Positions 45,927 through 56,001 of a stretch of DNA of 64,000 bases are shown here, piece by piece. Positions within the stretch are counted from its first letter, which is position 1, and every line of letters starts with the position of its first letter. The DNA is taken from the IMG/VR virus record IMGVR_UViG_3300028027_000047, positions 1-64,000 of that record; one strand, given 5' to 3'. The notes beneath the pieces were generated by a model. That model saw nothing but the letters and a program-made list of their open reading frames with translations, searched no databases and had not been told where the DNA came from. This DNA comes from a virus. The position numbers and the translations under genes are program-made.

Positions 45927-46890
45927 TATTTACGGAGAATACGTATTCTATGAAGATGGAAAAGAGATCGCAAGGTCTAAAAATATTTTAACTAAGTTTG
46001 GTAAAAGATATATAACTGAATACTTAGCTGGCCAGGCGGTAACCACAGCAAAAGACATTGCTTTGGGAATTGGCTCGACACCAGCAACAGTAAATGACAC
46101 GCAGCTTAATTTTGAATTCTATAGATCACAAGTAAATATAACAAGCGTAGATATCCAAACAAGCCAAATAACTGGCCAAAGCACATATGGTGTTGTGTAT
46201 AAAACAACAATCCCAGTAGATGTATCTGGAATAATAAATGAGATTGGTTTATTCCCAAACATAACTCTTGGAACAACTGACTTTGCAAGCAGGTCCATAT
46301 CTTCATTTGAAGACAATCAGTCCTGGGTTGACAGTTCTGGAAATTACCCAAGTTTAGTTACCGTGTCATCCCCTAAAATAGGTCCGTACTATATGTCAAT
46401 GGGCGCTTCATCGTCACAGACAAAAGAGTATTTTTATGATTTTAATTTAGATATTTCTGGCTATAGCGCAAACGATAGCATGACTTTAGCATATTATCAA
46501 AGCGATTTAAATTTAGACTACATTTTTTTAAGAGCATATGATTCAAACAACAACTACTATGAAATTAGATATCCTGGCGAGACATCGACACAGTATACGG
46601 GAGATTCCGCAATAGGATATAAGGTTAAGCCATTAAAGCTAAGCAATCTGTACACTAGCGGTTTTACATCTGGCACACCAGACAAATCATCAATAGTTAA
46701 AATATCAATTGGAGTTAAGGCAAAAAGCTCTGGAGCAACAACAGTCTTGCTAGACGGACTTAGAATAAACGATGAAGATTCTTTTAGAACAGATTATGGA
46801 ATGATAAGTAGATCCGTACTTACTGATGTTATTACAAAAACTTTAGGCAAACAGATGGATATTGAATATAGGTTGGGCTTGGGCTTTTAA
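45916..46890 (+). CDS. Minor tail protein
   Basis: N.LT..GK..I..YLAG, IALGIG, DTQL.FEFYR and INEIGLF tail-tip motifs. Confidence 0.7.
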   Translation: MDSNIYGEYVFYEDGKEIARSKNILTKFGKRYITEYLAGQAVTTAKDIALGIGSTPATVNDTQLNFEFYRSQVNITSVDIQTSQITGQSTYGVVYKTTIPVDVSGIINEIGLFPNITLGTTDFASRSISSFEDNQSWVDSSGNYPSLVTVSSPKIGPYYMSMGASSSQTKEYFYDFNLDISGYSANDSMTLAYYQSDLNLDYIFLRAYDSNNNYYEIRYPGETSTQYTGDSAIGYKVKPLKLSNLYTSGFTSGTPDKSSIVKISIGVKAKSSGATTVLLDGLRINDEDSFRTDYGMISRSVLTDVITKTLGKQMDIEYRLGLGF

Positions 46891-49800
46891 ATGGTATACA
46901 CAGGCCCAATGATGACTGACGGCGGCGGAATTCCAGCCGATCTCGAAAAAGACGCCGATGCCGCAGCAGAAGCAGCTGGCGCAACATCTGCAAACTCATA
47001 TACAAAAACAATAAGAATGGTGCCAGTAAAAGACAAAAATCATAACTATAGGTTTTTTTTCACCTATCTCTATGAAGATGAAGACACTAAATTAATAACT
47101 GAAAGTGAAAGGTCTCCTGCATATTTAGTAAAGCATATTATAGAAAACGAGACACTCCCAGTTAAAAATCTAACATTGACTTCAGGATTTAAATCCTATG
47201 GAGTTAAATTTGATTTAGATCCGCTTAGTGTACAAGAAGATGTAGTTATATTTGAAAGTCTTACAAGTGATTTTGCTGTCCAGAATATTGTTTATGTTGG
47301 AACTTCAACTAACGTTACCATACAAGCCTCTAGCTATGCCCCAAGATGGGTAAAGGTTAGATCAAGAGATAGGTGGGATGATCTAAATATATCAGAAGTA
47401 ACGGCGGGGCCTGTAGAGATTCTTAATTCTGAAATAGATACAACAAAAGTTCCAAAGGCACCTACAGGAGTTGCAGTAACTCCTTCAATTGATCCTGAAG
47501 ATAAAAGTGGGTTTAGTATAAAAATTGATGTGTCGTGGACAGCAAGTACAGACGCAGATACAAATGGCTATGTAATTAGATGGTCCCCTAATAATCCCGC
47601 AACCGTTACAAATCCATTATGGGAATATGGGCAGGTAGATGGAAAAGCAACAACAAAGTTTTCTATAACAGGGTTAACTCCAAACACAGTTTACTACTGG
47701 CAGGTTACAGCAAAAAGCCCGTTCAACAGCATATCTTGGAATACTGGAATATCTGGACAAGTAGCATCTGGAAGTTTTGGTCCAGTTTCAGACCCAAATG
47801 CACCAGCAGGAAATTTACAATTAAGATCTATATTATCTATTGGCGGGAAAACATCTGACCTATTTAAAATAGGAACTGGTATAGCTCAATCTATAAATAC
47901 ATCTACAACAATTACTCCAACACAAACAGCTGGTACATATAACGGAATTATATTAGACAGATCAACAACAAATTTTGGACACAACTACTGGCTAAACACT
48001 GGCCAATTTAGAGTTGGAAGCTCAAGCTCATTCCTGTACTGGGACGGGTCTGATATATATACAACTGGTAAAATAAACGCAACTGGTGGAACGTTTACTG
48101 GAAACGTCAGAGTAACTACAGGAAGCATAATTGCTGGTGGAACATTTGCAGCAGATGGATCTGTATCTGGAGCCAGAGTTGTTATGCAATCTGGCGGCTT
48201 ATATGCACATGATGCCGCAGGCGCACAAAGTGTTTTCATTCAATCGTCAGATGGACTAATTGATGCCCGCAAAGGGTACATAGGCGGATGGACTCTAAAT
48301 GCAACAGATAAAACAGTAGGGTACATTCAAAGTGCAAACACAAAAATTGAAAGTAATGGAACCATAACTTTAGGAGACATAACAGGAACACTCGGCTCTA
48401 TAGTTAGATTAAGCGCCACCGACGATTATAGATTATGGATTGGAAGCCAAACTTCTTCAAATGCAGCTTTTAAAGTTTCAAAAGATGGAACCTTATATGC
48501 AAGCAACGCTGTTATTTCATCGACTAGCGGCGGACTATATGACTCAATTGTTGCTGCACAAAATGCAGCAAATTCAGCAAACAGCACAGCAGGTTTAGCA
48601 AATACTACTGCGGGAAATGCATTAACAACTGCAAGTGGAAAAAATTCAATATTTAGATCTTCCTCTACTCCAAGTGCTTTAAAGGCTGGAGACATATGGA
48701 TTAATTTTAATGATGAAAATAAGCTGTATGTTGCAACAGCAGCAGGTACAGGTAGCTGGGTTTTATCTAGAGACACGTCAATTGCCGCAGCAGTAACTAA
48801 GGCAGATACGGCATATGACAAAGCAGTTGCAGCAGTAACCAAAGCAGAGGCTGCCGTCCCATATGGCAGTTTTAATAAATCAGCAATTCTTCAAGCTATT
48901 AATGAAAGCACAAATGGTGCTAATTTATTAGGAGGAGTTGTTGAGGCTGGAACTGTTGTTGCAGGTTCAGTAATTGCAGATTGGATTTATGCTGGATATA
49001 TTGATGCAGAAAAAATTAAAGTTGGAACTCTTACTGGACAGAGATTAAAAGCTGGATCAGATACCTATGCTACTGGATTCATTGACACTGGAGCAACTAA
49101 AACTATTAGTGGATACGGCACAGTTAATTATTTAAAGATTAAAGCAATTGGCCTAGAGTCAGTATCAAACTCAGGATTTGTTAGCAATGTTTATCCATGG
49201 TTAGATAACTCTGCAAACTTGGGATACAATAGCTTTAGCTGGGGGGCAATTTATATTGGGTCTAATGCTTATTTTGCTAATGGCACTACGTATAAGATTG
49301 GCTCTACGGGAGATGCTTATTTAAACGGTTATGGTGTTTCAGGAGGGTACGGAATTACATCTGACTGGTCTCCAAGAACAGATGGCACCGAATCGCTTGG
49401 AATATCTGGTCATAAGTGGAAAGATGTTTGGGCAGTGGACAGCACTATTAATACATCAGATATCAGGCTAAAAAAAGATATAACTAATTCAAGCTTAGGA
49501 TTAAACTTCATTAATTTACTAAGACCAGTATCCTATAAATGGAAAAAGACTGGCGTTAAAGAAGTTCTTATAGATAAAGAGATTGAGCACTTAGATCAGC
49601 AAGGCAATATTGATGTGATTGAAATTGAAAAAATTCCAAAGATAATCGGTGTTGATGAAAATGGTCAGGATATTATTGAAACAACATCAAGAGAAGGATC
49701 AAGAAATCACTATGGGTTTGTAGCCCAAGAGGTAAAAGAAGCCTTAGATCAAGTTGGCATTGGGGATAATTTTGCTGGCTGGATTATAGAAAACTTAGAG

Positions 49801-49926
49801 GACCCAGAGTCAACACAAAATCTAAGATATGCTGAATTTATATCTCCATTAGTTAAGGCTGTACAAGAACTATCGGATATGGTAGAATCATTACAACAAG
49901 AAATAAATACACTGAAAGGTATATAA
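46891..49926 (+). CDS. Tail fibre/receptor-binding protein with FN3 and C-terminal peptidase S74 chaperone
   Basis: FN3 (VSWTAS...GLTPNTVYYWQVTA); TSDIRLKKDI...LGLNFI..LRPVSY...HYGFVAQEV...LVKAVQEL. Confidence 0.85.
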   Translation: MVYTGPMMTDGGGIPADLEKDADAAAEAAGATSANSYTKTIRMVPVKDKNHNYRFFFTYLYEDEDTKLITESERSPAYLVKHIIENETLPVKNLTLTSGFKSYGVKFDLDPLSVQEDVVIFESLTSDFAVQNIVYVGTSTNVTIQASSYAPRWVKVRSRDRWDDLNISEVTAGPVEILNSEIDTTKVPKAPTGVAVTPSIDPEDKSGFSIKIDVSWTASTDADTNGYVIRWSPNNPATVTNPLWEYGQVDGKATTKFSITGLTPNTVYYWQVTAKSPFNSISWNTGISGQVASGSFGPVSDPNAPAGNLQLRSILSIGGKTSDLFKIGTGIAQSINTSTTITPTQTAGTYNGIILDRSTTNFGHNYWLNTGQFRVGSSSSFLYWDGSDIYTTGKINATGGTFTGNVRVTTGSIIAGGTFAADGSVSGARVVMQSGGLYAHDAAGAQSVFIQSSDGLIDARKGYIGGWTLNATDKTVGYIQSANTKIESNGTITLGDITGTLGSIVRLSATDDYRLWIGSQTSSNAAFKVSKDGTLYASNAVISSTSGGLYDSIVAAQNAANSANSTAGLANTTAGNALTTASGKNSIFRSSSTPSALKAGDIWINFNDENKLYVATAAGTGSWVLSRDTSIAAAVTKADTAYDKAVAAVTKAEAAVPYGSFNKSAILQAINESTNGANLLGGVVEAGTVVAGSVIADWIYAGYIDAEKIKVGTLTGQRLKAGSDTYATGFIDTGATKTISGYGTVNYLKIKAIGLESVSNSGFVSNVYPWLDNSANLGYNSFSWGAIYIGSNAYFANGTTYKIGSTGDAYLNGYGVSGGYGITSDWSPRTDGTESLGISGHKWKDVWAVDSTINTSDIRLKKDITNSSLGLNFINLLRPVSYKWKKTGVKEVLIDKEIEHLDQQGNIDVIEIEKIPKIIGVDENGQDIIETTSREGSRNHYGFVAQEVKEALDQVGIGDNFAGWIIENLEDPESTQNLRYAEFISPLVKAVQELSDMVESLQQEINTLKGI

Positions 49927-50084
49927 TGGATAAAGCAGAACTAGTAATACAAGCATTGCAGCAAAGAATTGGTGACCTAGTCTCACAATATGAGACACAT
50001 ATAGCAATTCTTCGTGCTGAGATAACACAACTATCTGATGCAAATAAGTCACAGGAAGTTCCAGCGGAACAGCCAAAGGAGTAA
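49926..50084 (+). CDS. Small coiled-coil protein (52 aa, not in the ORF track)
   Basis: MDKAELVIQALQQRIGDLVSQYETHIAILRAEITQL...; TAATG coupling. Confidence 0.7.
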   Translation: MDKAELVIQALQQRIGDLVSQYETHIAILRAEITQLSDANKSQEVPAEQPKE

Positions 50085-50087
50085 AGA

Positions 50088-50525
50088 ATGGCAATAAAAT
50101 CAAGAGCTATAACTCCTGGAGATCCAGTAACAGCAGAGATCATTAATAATCTTATTATAGATCTAGGAGCAATAGAAGCAAAAAGTACAGCCCAAAGCAT
50201 CATATTACAAAATGCTCAAGAAGAAGGAAAGAAAGATCAAGTTACAACCATGCTGTGGAATTCTGGCCCTGTTTCAGTCACTGTAGAATCAGGTACACCC
50301 AAACCAAAAGAATTTAAATTTGGCACACAAAAGTGGGCTTCAGCGCCAACAGTATGGGTTCAATTTTATATTGAGGGTATTAGCCAGCCAACATGGGCAC
50401 AGTCTCAAATATTTACACAGGTTTCCAAGGTAACAACCACCGCAGCATTTGTTTTATTTAGATCAGCAACTAAATCAAATATCAAAGTAGTTGTATTTGC
50501 TACTGGAACACCAGCATCCGCTTAA
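50088..50525 (+). CDS. Minor tail protein (H-type-lectin-like C-terminus possible)
   Basis: GDPVTAE.IN N-terminus; F......SAPTVWV...VTTT.A.V pattern. Confidence 0.5.
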   Translation: MAIKSRAITPGDPVTAEIINNLIIDLGAIEAKSTAQSIILQNAQEEGKKDQVTTMLWNSGPVSVTVESGTPKPKEFKFGTQKWASAPTVWVQFYIEGISQPTWAQSQIFTQVSKVTTTAAFVLFRSATKSNIKVVVFATGTPASA

Positions 50526-50529
50526 CCTA

Positions 50530-50557
50530 TTGACAATCTTAACCAATATGTTACACT
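50530..50557 (+). promoter_or_regulatory. Near-consensus promoter at the start of the replication module
   Basis: TTGACA, 16-bp spacer, TACACT with extended TG. Confidence 0.6.
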
Positions 50558-50569
50558 TACTGTAACATC

Positions 50570-50594
50570 AAAGTCACGTACCCGTGACTTTTTT
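50570..50594 (+). terminator. Intrinsic terminator hairpin
   Basis: AAAGTCACG-TACC-CGTGACTTT followed by TTT. Confidence 0.75.
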
Positions 50595-50610
50595 CGTATG
50601 AAGGCAGATA

Positions 50611-51411
50611 ATGAGCAACGATTTAAAGTGGATGATTTCATCCGACCAGCAGTTTCCATATCAGGATGACAAGATGATTGCACTTTGGTTTAAAGTGATG
50701 AAGTGGTTTAAGCCAGATGTCGTTGACTACCTTGGAGATACAGATGATCAGGCATGCTATAGCAAGTACACAGAAGGAAGATCAGCAGAGTTTTTAAATC
50801 TTCACAAAACAGATAGCCGTGATCTTATTGTTCCAATGATGCGTCACGAAGCAAAGGGCGCAAGAGACTTTTATGCGAAGACAAGAGACATGCTCCCAGA
50901 AGCGCAGCTATTTTCAGCGCTTGGTAATCACGATGTTAGAATTTTTAATTATGTAGATGCAAAATTGCCAGACTATATAAACGAAGTAACTCCAGAAGCT
51001 TTATGGGGCCTTGACTCCTTGGGATACGAGTACATTCATTACAACGAATTGCCAAAACGACGCTTTGGAGATATTCACGTACACCACGGCCTTTCAATTG
51101 CAGCAACAGGCTCAGTCCGTAAAGATATGGAAGACCTACAGATATCATTAATTAGAGGACACTCACACAGAATTGCCTCACATTTAGTCACATACGAGTT
51201 AAGGAATAATGGCGAAGGAGAAACACTTCGTGGTTATGAGCTTGGCCATATGTGTGATGAAAAGGGTCCAGGGATGAAGTACATGCAGCACCATGACTGG
51301 CAAAAGGGATTTGCAATTGCTCACATCGTTAATGACTATCCACATATTCAGATGATTCACGTCGCTCCTGATTATTCATGTGTCGTTGACGGGAAGTTGT
51401 TTACTTTATAA
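50611..51411 (+). CDS. Calcineurin-like metallophosphoesterase
   Basis: SDQQ, LGD..D, LGNHD, HHG, GHSH. Confidence 0.85.
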   Translation: MSNDLKWMISSDQQFPYQDDKMIALWFKVMKWFKPDVVDYLGDTDDQACYSKYTEGRSAEFLNLHKTDSRDLIVPMMRHEAKGARDFYAKTRDMLPEAQLFSALGNHDVRIFNYVDAKLPDYINEVTPEALWGLDSLGYEYIHYNELPKRRFGDIHVHHGLSIAATGSVRKDMEDLQISLIRGHSHRIASHLVTYELRNNGEGETLRGYELGHMCDEKGPGMKYMQHHDWQKGFAIAHIVNDYPHIQMIHVAPDYSCVVDGKLFTL

Positions 51412-51596
51412 TGTGGTGCGGAAAATGCAATGGACGAGTTTTTGTAGACAGAGTCTTCTCTCAAAAACTACATATGGAATTATTCTGTATCATGTGCGGC
51501 AAACGCTGGATGTGCAATAAAGAAACGAGTGCTTTCGGAAAATGGCTGGAATCAAAAGAGACGGCAAATCAAAAAGCTTACGGTATTTCTTCTTAA
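51411..51596 (+). CDS. Small zinc-ribbon protein
   Basis: CGKC...CIMCG. Confidence 0.7.
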   Translation: MWCGKCNGRVFVDRVFSQKLHMELFCIMCGKRWMCNKETSAFGKWLESKETANQKAYGISS

Positions 51597-52027
51597 ACGA
51601 TAAGATACATAAGGTTTTAAAAGCATCCAGATCAAAGGATGAGATGGTTGCCTGGTGTTATCCAGACAAGAAAAGAGTTATGTATTCGTATTCTCAGGTT
51701 AAAAAGAATATGGAAACCGCTTACACTGTTGTAGAAGTTGCCTCTATGCTTAATAAGCATAGGGTAACTATACAAGAATATATATTGAATGAGAAGGTTG
51801 CTACCCCTCAAAAGATATATCCAATCGGACAGCCAGATAGCGAAAATTGGTCTCAGTATATGTTTAATCAAAAGAACATATTAGATATACACCAACATAT
51901 ATTAGACTCAGGGCACTCAAAAGAAGTTCCTTCAAAGGCAGAGGTCCAGGCCCTTCTCAAAAACAACTTAGTATTGTATACTAAGACAGAAGACGGAAAG
52001 TTTGTTCCAGTATGGAAGGCGGAGTAA
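51542..52027 (+). CDS. HTH DNA-binding protein
   Basis: YTVVEVASMLNKHRVTIQEY (MerR/Xis-like HTH). Confidence 0.65.
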   Translation: MAGIKRDGKSKSLRYFFLNDKIHKVLKASRSKDEMVAWCYPDKKRVMYSYSQVKKNMETAYTVVEVASMLNKHRVTIQEYILNEKVATPQKIYPIGQPDSENWSQYMFNQKNILDIHQHILDSGHSKEVPSKAEVQALLKNNLVLYTKTEDGKFVPVWKAE

Positions 52028-52158
52028 TGGCTGAAATGGCACGGTACACACTAGAGACAGGCGCTGCAAAAAAACGCAAGCGTGAAGCAGAAGTTGAATA
52101 TTGGAATTCTAAGAACGGCCCTGTGATAGTAAAAAAGGTAGAAGATGGAAAAAAGTAG
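52027..52158 (+). CDS. Small basic protein (43 aa, not in the ORF track)
   Basis: MAEMARYTLETGAAKKRKREAEVEYWNSKNGPVIVKKVEDGKK; TAATG coupling. Confidence 0.5.
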   Translation: MAEMARYTLETGAAKKRKREAEVEYWNSKNGPVIVKKVEDGKK

Positions 52159-52258
52159 AGCCGTGACATGCGATATCTGTAAGCGGGACATAGAAGTTCG
52201 TTGGGGCATATTTGCTAGCGATACACTTAGTAGACACAAGAAGGCGGAACACAAATGA
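52145..52258 (+). CDS. 37-aa C2H2-type zinc-finger microprotein (not in the ORF track)
   Basis: MEKSRAVTCDICKRDIEVRWGIFASDTLSRHKKAEHK; ATGA overlap with the next gene. Confidence 0.65.
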   Translation: MEKSRAVTCDICKRDIEVRWGIFASDTLSRHKKAEHK

Positions 52259-52458
52259 CAACGAGAGTAAAAGTAGATCTTTCCTTTACTAGAAATCTTG
52301 GTAACTATGAAAGCATTAAGATTGGCGTAGGCATTGAAGATGATGTAAGGCAGGGAGAGACAGTAGAAGCTGCAACAGAAAGAGTATATACTTTTGTTGA
52401 GAACAAACTAATTCAAAAAACAGAAGAGGTCGAGGAAGAGCTAAAGCGTGGCAAATAG
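52255..52458 (+). CDS. Hypothetical protein
   Basis: TRNLGNYESIKI motif; coupled ORF. Confidence 0.7.
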   Translation: MTTRVKVDLSFTRNLGNYESIKIGVGIEDDVRQGETVEAATERVYTFVENKLIQKTEEVEEELKRGK

Positions 52459-52771
52459 TAAAGAGCCATATATCCTTCTCTCTCTCTATCAAAACCTTTA
52501 CAAAGAGAAGTATGGTAAGGCCCCATCAATAAACAAGTTCCGTGAAAAATGGGCTATGCAAGATGTGATTGATAGTGTAGGATTTGATCGTGCTAAAGAG
52601 TTGCTTGAATACTATTTCAATCTAACAAAGCACGGACATACTATCCAGTTTTTTTTATACAACTTTGACAAGATGGATACAGTCAGGACTGAGATTGAAA
52701 AGGATAAGGCAAAGCGTCGTTTGTTACTAGAGGAAACGAAGAAGATGGTAGAGCAAGGCGGACTAGAGTGA
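52448..52771 (+). CDS. Hypothetical protein upstream of the helicase (possible loader)
   Basis: Coupled to dnaB; position. Confidence 0.6.
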   Translation: MANSKEPYILLSLYQNLYKEKYGKAPSINKFREKWAMQDVIDSVGFDRAKELLEYYFNLTKHGHTIQFFLYNFDKMDTVRTEIEKDKAKRRLLLEETKKMVEQGGLE

Positions 52772-54030
52772 ATACAGAAGCAGAGTTAATCTCAGCGGTA
52801 TGCAAAAATAAAGATATTAGTACGCTACTTGCGGATAACGTAGACGATTTATTTACATCACATAAAGATATCTGGGATGGCCTAAAGTCATACTACTATA
52901 AGTTTAAAGCCGTACCAGAAGCTGGAATTCTTCAAGAAAAGTTTAAAGACTTTGAGCCAGTAGATGTTAAAGGCCAGACTGGATACTATCTAGACACGCT
53001 TAAGAATGAATTTATTTCAAACAAACTTAAGACTATTATTCTCCGTGCTGGATCATCACTTAAAGAAGATGCTGCCTCAAGAGTTCTTGAGAACATGCAG
53101 TCTCAATTAGCTGGCCTCAGCAGGTTCACAAACAATGTTCGAGATCTAGACATAACGGATGCAGATGCAGCAATTAGATATATGGAATTATTAAAGGTAC
53201 GCTCTGCCGAGATGGGCGGTTCTCCAGGCATCAAGACTGGTTTTGAGGCCATAGATTTAGCATACCCAACAGGTATGGCTCCAGGCCACCTTATCGTCGC
53301 TATTGGCTGGCCAGGACGTGGTAAGACATGGTTTACATCCTACCTTGCCTGTAAAGCGTGGGAGCAAGGGTTTAAGCCTATGATTGTATCCCTTGAAATG
53401 TCACCAGAGAATATGCGTGATCGTATTTATACAATGCTTGGCTCTGGACTATTTAAGGCTTCCGATTTTTCAAAGGGAGATATTAATATAGATGACTTCC
53501 GCTCATGGTCAACAAAGAAATTTGCTGATAAGAATAGCTTTATCCTTATTTCAAATGAGGGCAATACGGAAGTCACACCAGCAACTATTCAAGGAAAGAT
53601 TGATCAGCATAAGCCAGACTTAGTTATCCTTGATTATCATCAATTATTTAATGATAACAAGCGAAGCAATTCTGAAGTTGAAAGAAACCGAAATGTTTCT
53701 CGTGAATTTAAAATGCTAGCAGTATCTAACAATATTCCTATTATCGATATCACAGCAGCCACTGCAGATGATGTATCTGATCAGGACAATCCGCCGATGA
53801 TGTCTCAGGTTGCGTGGTCAAAAGCTATTGAGTACGATGCCGATATGGCTATGGCCGTACACAGATATCCAGGGACTAACATGATTGAGATTGTGTCACG
53901 CAAGAATCGACATGGACATGAATTTGGTTTATACTTAGATTGGGATATCAACAGGGGTATCGTCAAAGAGATTTATGAGAATCCGTTCCAAAATAATGAA
54001 TCACAAACCGATAAAAAGATTCCAGGTTAG
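52768..54030 (+). CDS. dnaB: Replicative DnaB-like helicase
   Basis: Walker A GWPGRGKT, SLEM, Walker B ILDY, IEYDAD, KNRHG. Confidence 0.92.
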   Translation: MNTEAELISAVCKNKDISTLLADNVDDLFTSHKDIWDGLKSYYYKFKAVPEAGILQEKFKDFEPVDVKGQTGYYLDTLKNEFISNKLKTIILRAGSSLKEDAASRVLENMQSQLAGLSRFTNNVRDLDITDADAAIRYMELLKVRSAEMGGSPGIKTGFEAIDLAYPTGMAPGHLIVAIGWPGRGKTWFTSYLACKAWEQGFKPMIVSLEMSPENMRDRIYTMLGSGLFKASDFSKGDINIDDFRSWSTKKFADKNSFILISNEGNTEVTPATIQGKIDQHKPDLVILDYHQLFNDNKRSNSEVERNRNVSREFKMLAVSNNIPIIDITAATADDVSDQDNPPMMSQVAWSKAIEYDADMAMAVHRYPGTNMIEIVSRKNRHGHEFGLYLDWDINRGIVKEIYENPFQNNESQTDKKIPG

Positions 54031-54286
54031 AGTTGAATTTTTAGATGACTCTGATATGGTTCGCATTAAGTATCAATATGAAAGCATGCTTACGCACCAA
54101 ATGAGAGACAAAGGGTATCTTAGGGTACTTGACATAGACACTAACTTTTCGGTAGAATTTGATGGCACAACATGGATGTTCTTAATGACACTCTATGGCA
54201 CTTATGTAGGAAAGAAGACGGCATGGCGGCACGAAGCAATTACGCAAGGAAAGCTGATACCACGCAATACTCTAAGCAGCATATAA
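53996..54286 (+). CDS. Hypothetical protein
   Basis: ORF bridging helicase and primase. Confidence 0.6.
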   Translation: MNHKPIKRFQVRVEFLDDSDMVRIKYQYESMLTHQMRDKGYLRVLDIDTNFSVEFDGTTWMFLMTLYGTYVGKKTAWRHEAITQGKLIPRNTLSSI

Positions 54287-55227
54287 AGGCGATTGTAAAA
54301 AGCCTTGGCTTACAGGTAGCGGGTGAAACAGATATAGAGATCTCTTTCTACTGCCCATTTCATTCCAATAGACATAGTGCTAGCTGCAGCATAAGTAAAA
54401 CAACTGGTGCATGGCTATGCTTTAATCCATCCTGTGGTGAAACTGGATCGCTGATAGAGATAGTTAAAAGAGTTTTGCATAAGAATGATTTTGAAGCTAT
54501 GAGATACGTATATTCAAAAGAGGCAGAGACACTAGAAAACTTTGATGATCTTCTAAACGATATGTTAGAAGACAAGCCAGACTTTGTAGAGTTCCCAGAA
54601 GAGATACTAAAGAATTTATATAACGACCTGATTGCCAGTCCAGAGGCACAAAATTATTTTAAGTCTAGGGGCATTGATATGTCTTCGATAGCGCACTTTT
54701 CTTTAGGCTATTCCCCAAAGCAAGACATGGTTACTGTTCCAGTACACAGCCCAGACGGCCTTGCAGTTGGTATTGTTGGCAGATCAATATCAGAAAAGAA
54801 ATTTAAGAACAGTACTAATTTACCAAGAAGTAAAACTATGTTTAACATTCACCGTGCTAAAAAAATAGGTGACAATGTTATTATTGTAGAGTCTAGCTTT
54901 GATGCAATCCGTGTGCATCAGGCTGGATTCCCCAATGTTATTGCAACACTTGGTGGCCATATATCCACAGAAAACTTGGCATTAATAAATAGATATTTTA
55001 ATAAGGTTACTCTAATGACTGATGCGGACCACGCTGGGCGTGAGCTTGCCAATAGCATAGTCTCTAGATTAAACAATAAAGACCTCTTGTGGGCTTCGTA
55101 TGAATATGGTAAGATATATCCACATGATGCAAAAGATGCTGGCGATATGACCGAAGAGGAAATTAAAGCCTGTATTAAAAACGCAGTTTCCAATATTGAA
55201 TATCAATCTTGGACCCATCAAAAATAA
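54223..55227 (+). CDS. dnaG: DNA primase (CHC2 zinc finger + TOPRIM)
   Basis: CPFH...CFNPSC, IVES.FD, DAD.AG, KDAGD. Confidence 0.9.
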   Translation: MAARSNYARKADTTQYSKQHIKAIVKSLGLQVAGETDIEISFYCPFHSNRHSASCSISKTTGAWLCFNPSCGETGSLIEIVKRVLHKNDFEAMRYVYSKEAETLENFDDLLNDMLEDKPDFVEFPEEILKNLYNDLIASPEAQNYFKSRGIDMSSIAHFSLGYSPKQDMVTVPVHSPDGLAVGIVGRSISEKKFKNSTNLPRSKTMFNIHRAKKIGDNVIIVESSFDAIRVHQAGFPNVIATLGGHISTENLALINRYFNKVTLMTDADHAGRELANSIVSRLNNKDLLWASYEYGKIYPHDAKDAGDMTEEEIKACIKNAVSNIEYQSWTHQK

Positions 55228-55269
55228 TAAACAGATGGATTTATACCATCAACTACAAAGGAGAAATAT

Positions 55270-55941
55270 ATGGGAATAGTAAAAGGTCTAAAAGATCTTA
55301 ATAAAGTTATGGACAAACCACAATCAAGTGGTGGCGAAGGCACAAAGGGTCGCTGGGTAAAGTTAGAGGATGCAGAAAGCGTAAAGATTCGCTTCTTGCA
55401 GGAACTAGATCCAGACTCACCAACATACAACGAAAAGGCTGGTCTAGGATTTATTGCTGTAGAGCACACAAATCCAAAAGATTATCGCCGTAAGGGTCTT
55501 TGCACAATGGAAGACCAAGGCAAGTGCTACGGATGTGAGCAACACCGTAAAGATTACAAGGCGGGATGGAAGGGTCGTTCACGACTTTACATTAATGTTC
55601 TTGTTGACGATGGCAAGGAAGATCCATACGTGGCTATTCTTTCTCAGGGATCAAGTGGTAAAACAATTACCCCAACACTAATTGAATATGCTGGCGAAAT
55701 GGGAAGCATCACTAATCTGATGTGGCGTGTTAAGCGTTCTGGAACAAAGACAGATACAAGTTACACAATCATTCCTTTAGCAAAAGATGAGGCTGCTTTT
55801 GATGCTTCATCACTAGAACTGTTTGAGCTTGAAACAGCAGCAGTTCGTGACATGCCTTATACAGAACAAGAAGCTTTCTTTGCTGGCGAAAGTACTCATG
55901 CAGATGAGCCTTCAGCAACTAGCAGCAACTTAGACTGGTAA
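55270..55941 (+). CDS. Single-stranded DNA-binding protein (gp32-like)
   Basis: KIRFL, Cys/His cluster, R.G...DTSY, acidic tail ending in W. Confidence 0.75.
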   Translation: MGIVKGLKDLNKVMDKPQSSGGEGTKGRWVKLEDAESVKIRFLQELDPDSPTYNEKAGLGFIAVEHTNPKDYRRKGLCTMEDQGKCYGCEQHRKDYKAGWKGRSRLYINVLVDDGKEDPYVAILSQGSSGKTITPTLIEYAGEMGSITNLMWRVKRSGTKTDTSYTIIPLAKDEAAFDASSLELFELETAAVRDMPYTEQEAFFAGESTHADEPSATSSNLDW

Positions 55942-55955
55942 AAAATTAAATAGCG

Positions 55956-55977
55956 GGGGCAGTCTATTGACTGCCCC
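55956..55977 (+). terminator. GC-rich hairpin after SSB, overlapping the next -35 box
   Basis: GGGGCAGTC-TATT-GACTGCCCC with a weak U-tract. Confidence 0.65.
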
Positions 55978-55995
55978 TGTATTATTTAGTAGAAT
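55967..55995 (+). promoter_or_regulatory. Sigma-70-type promoter, probably leaderless, for the DnaE operon
   Basis: TTGACT, 17-bp spacer, TAGAAT; ATG 6 nt downstream. Confidence 0.65.
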
Positions 55996-56001
55996 GACAA
56001 C

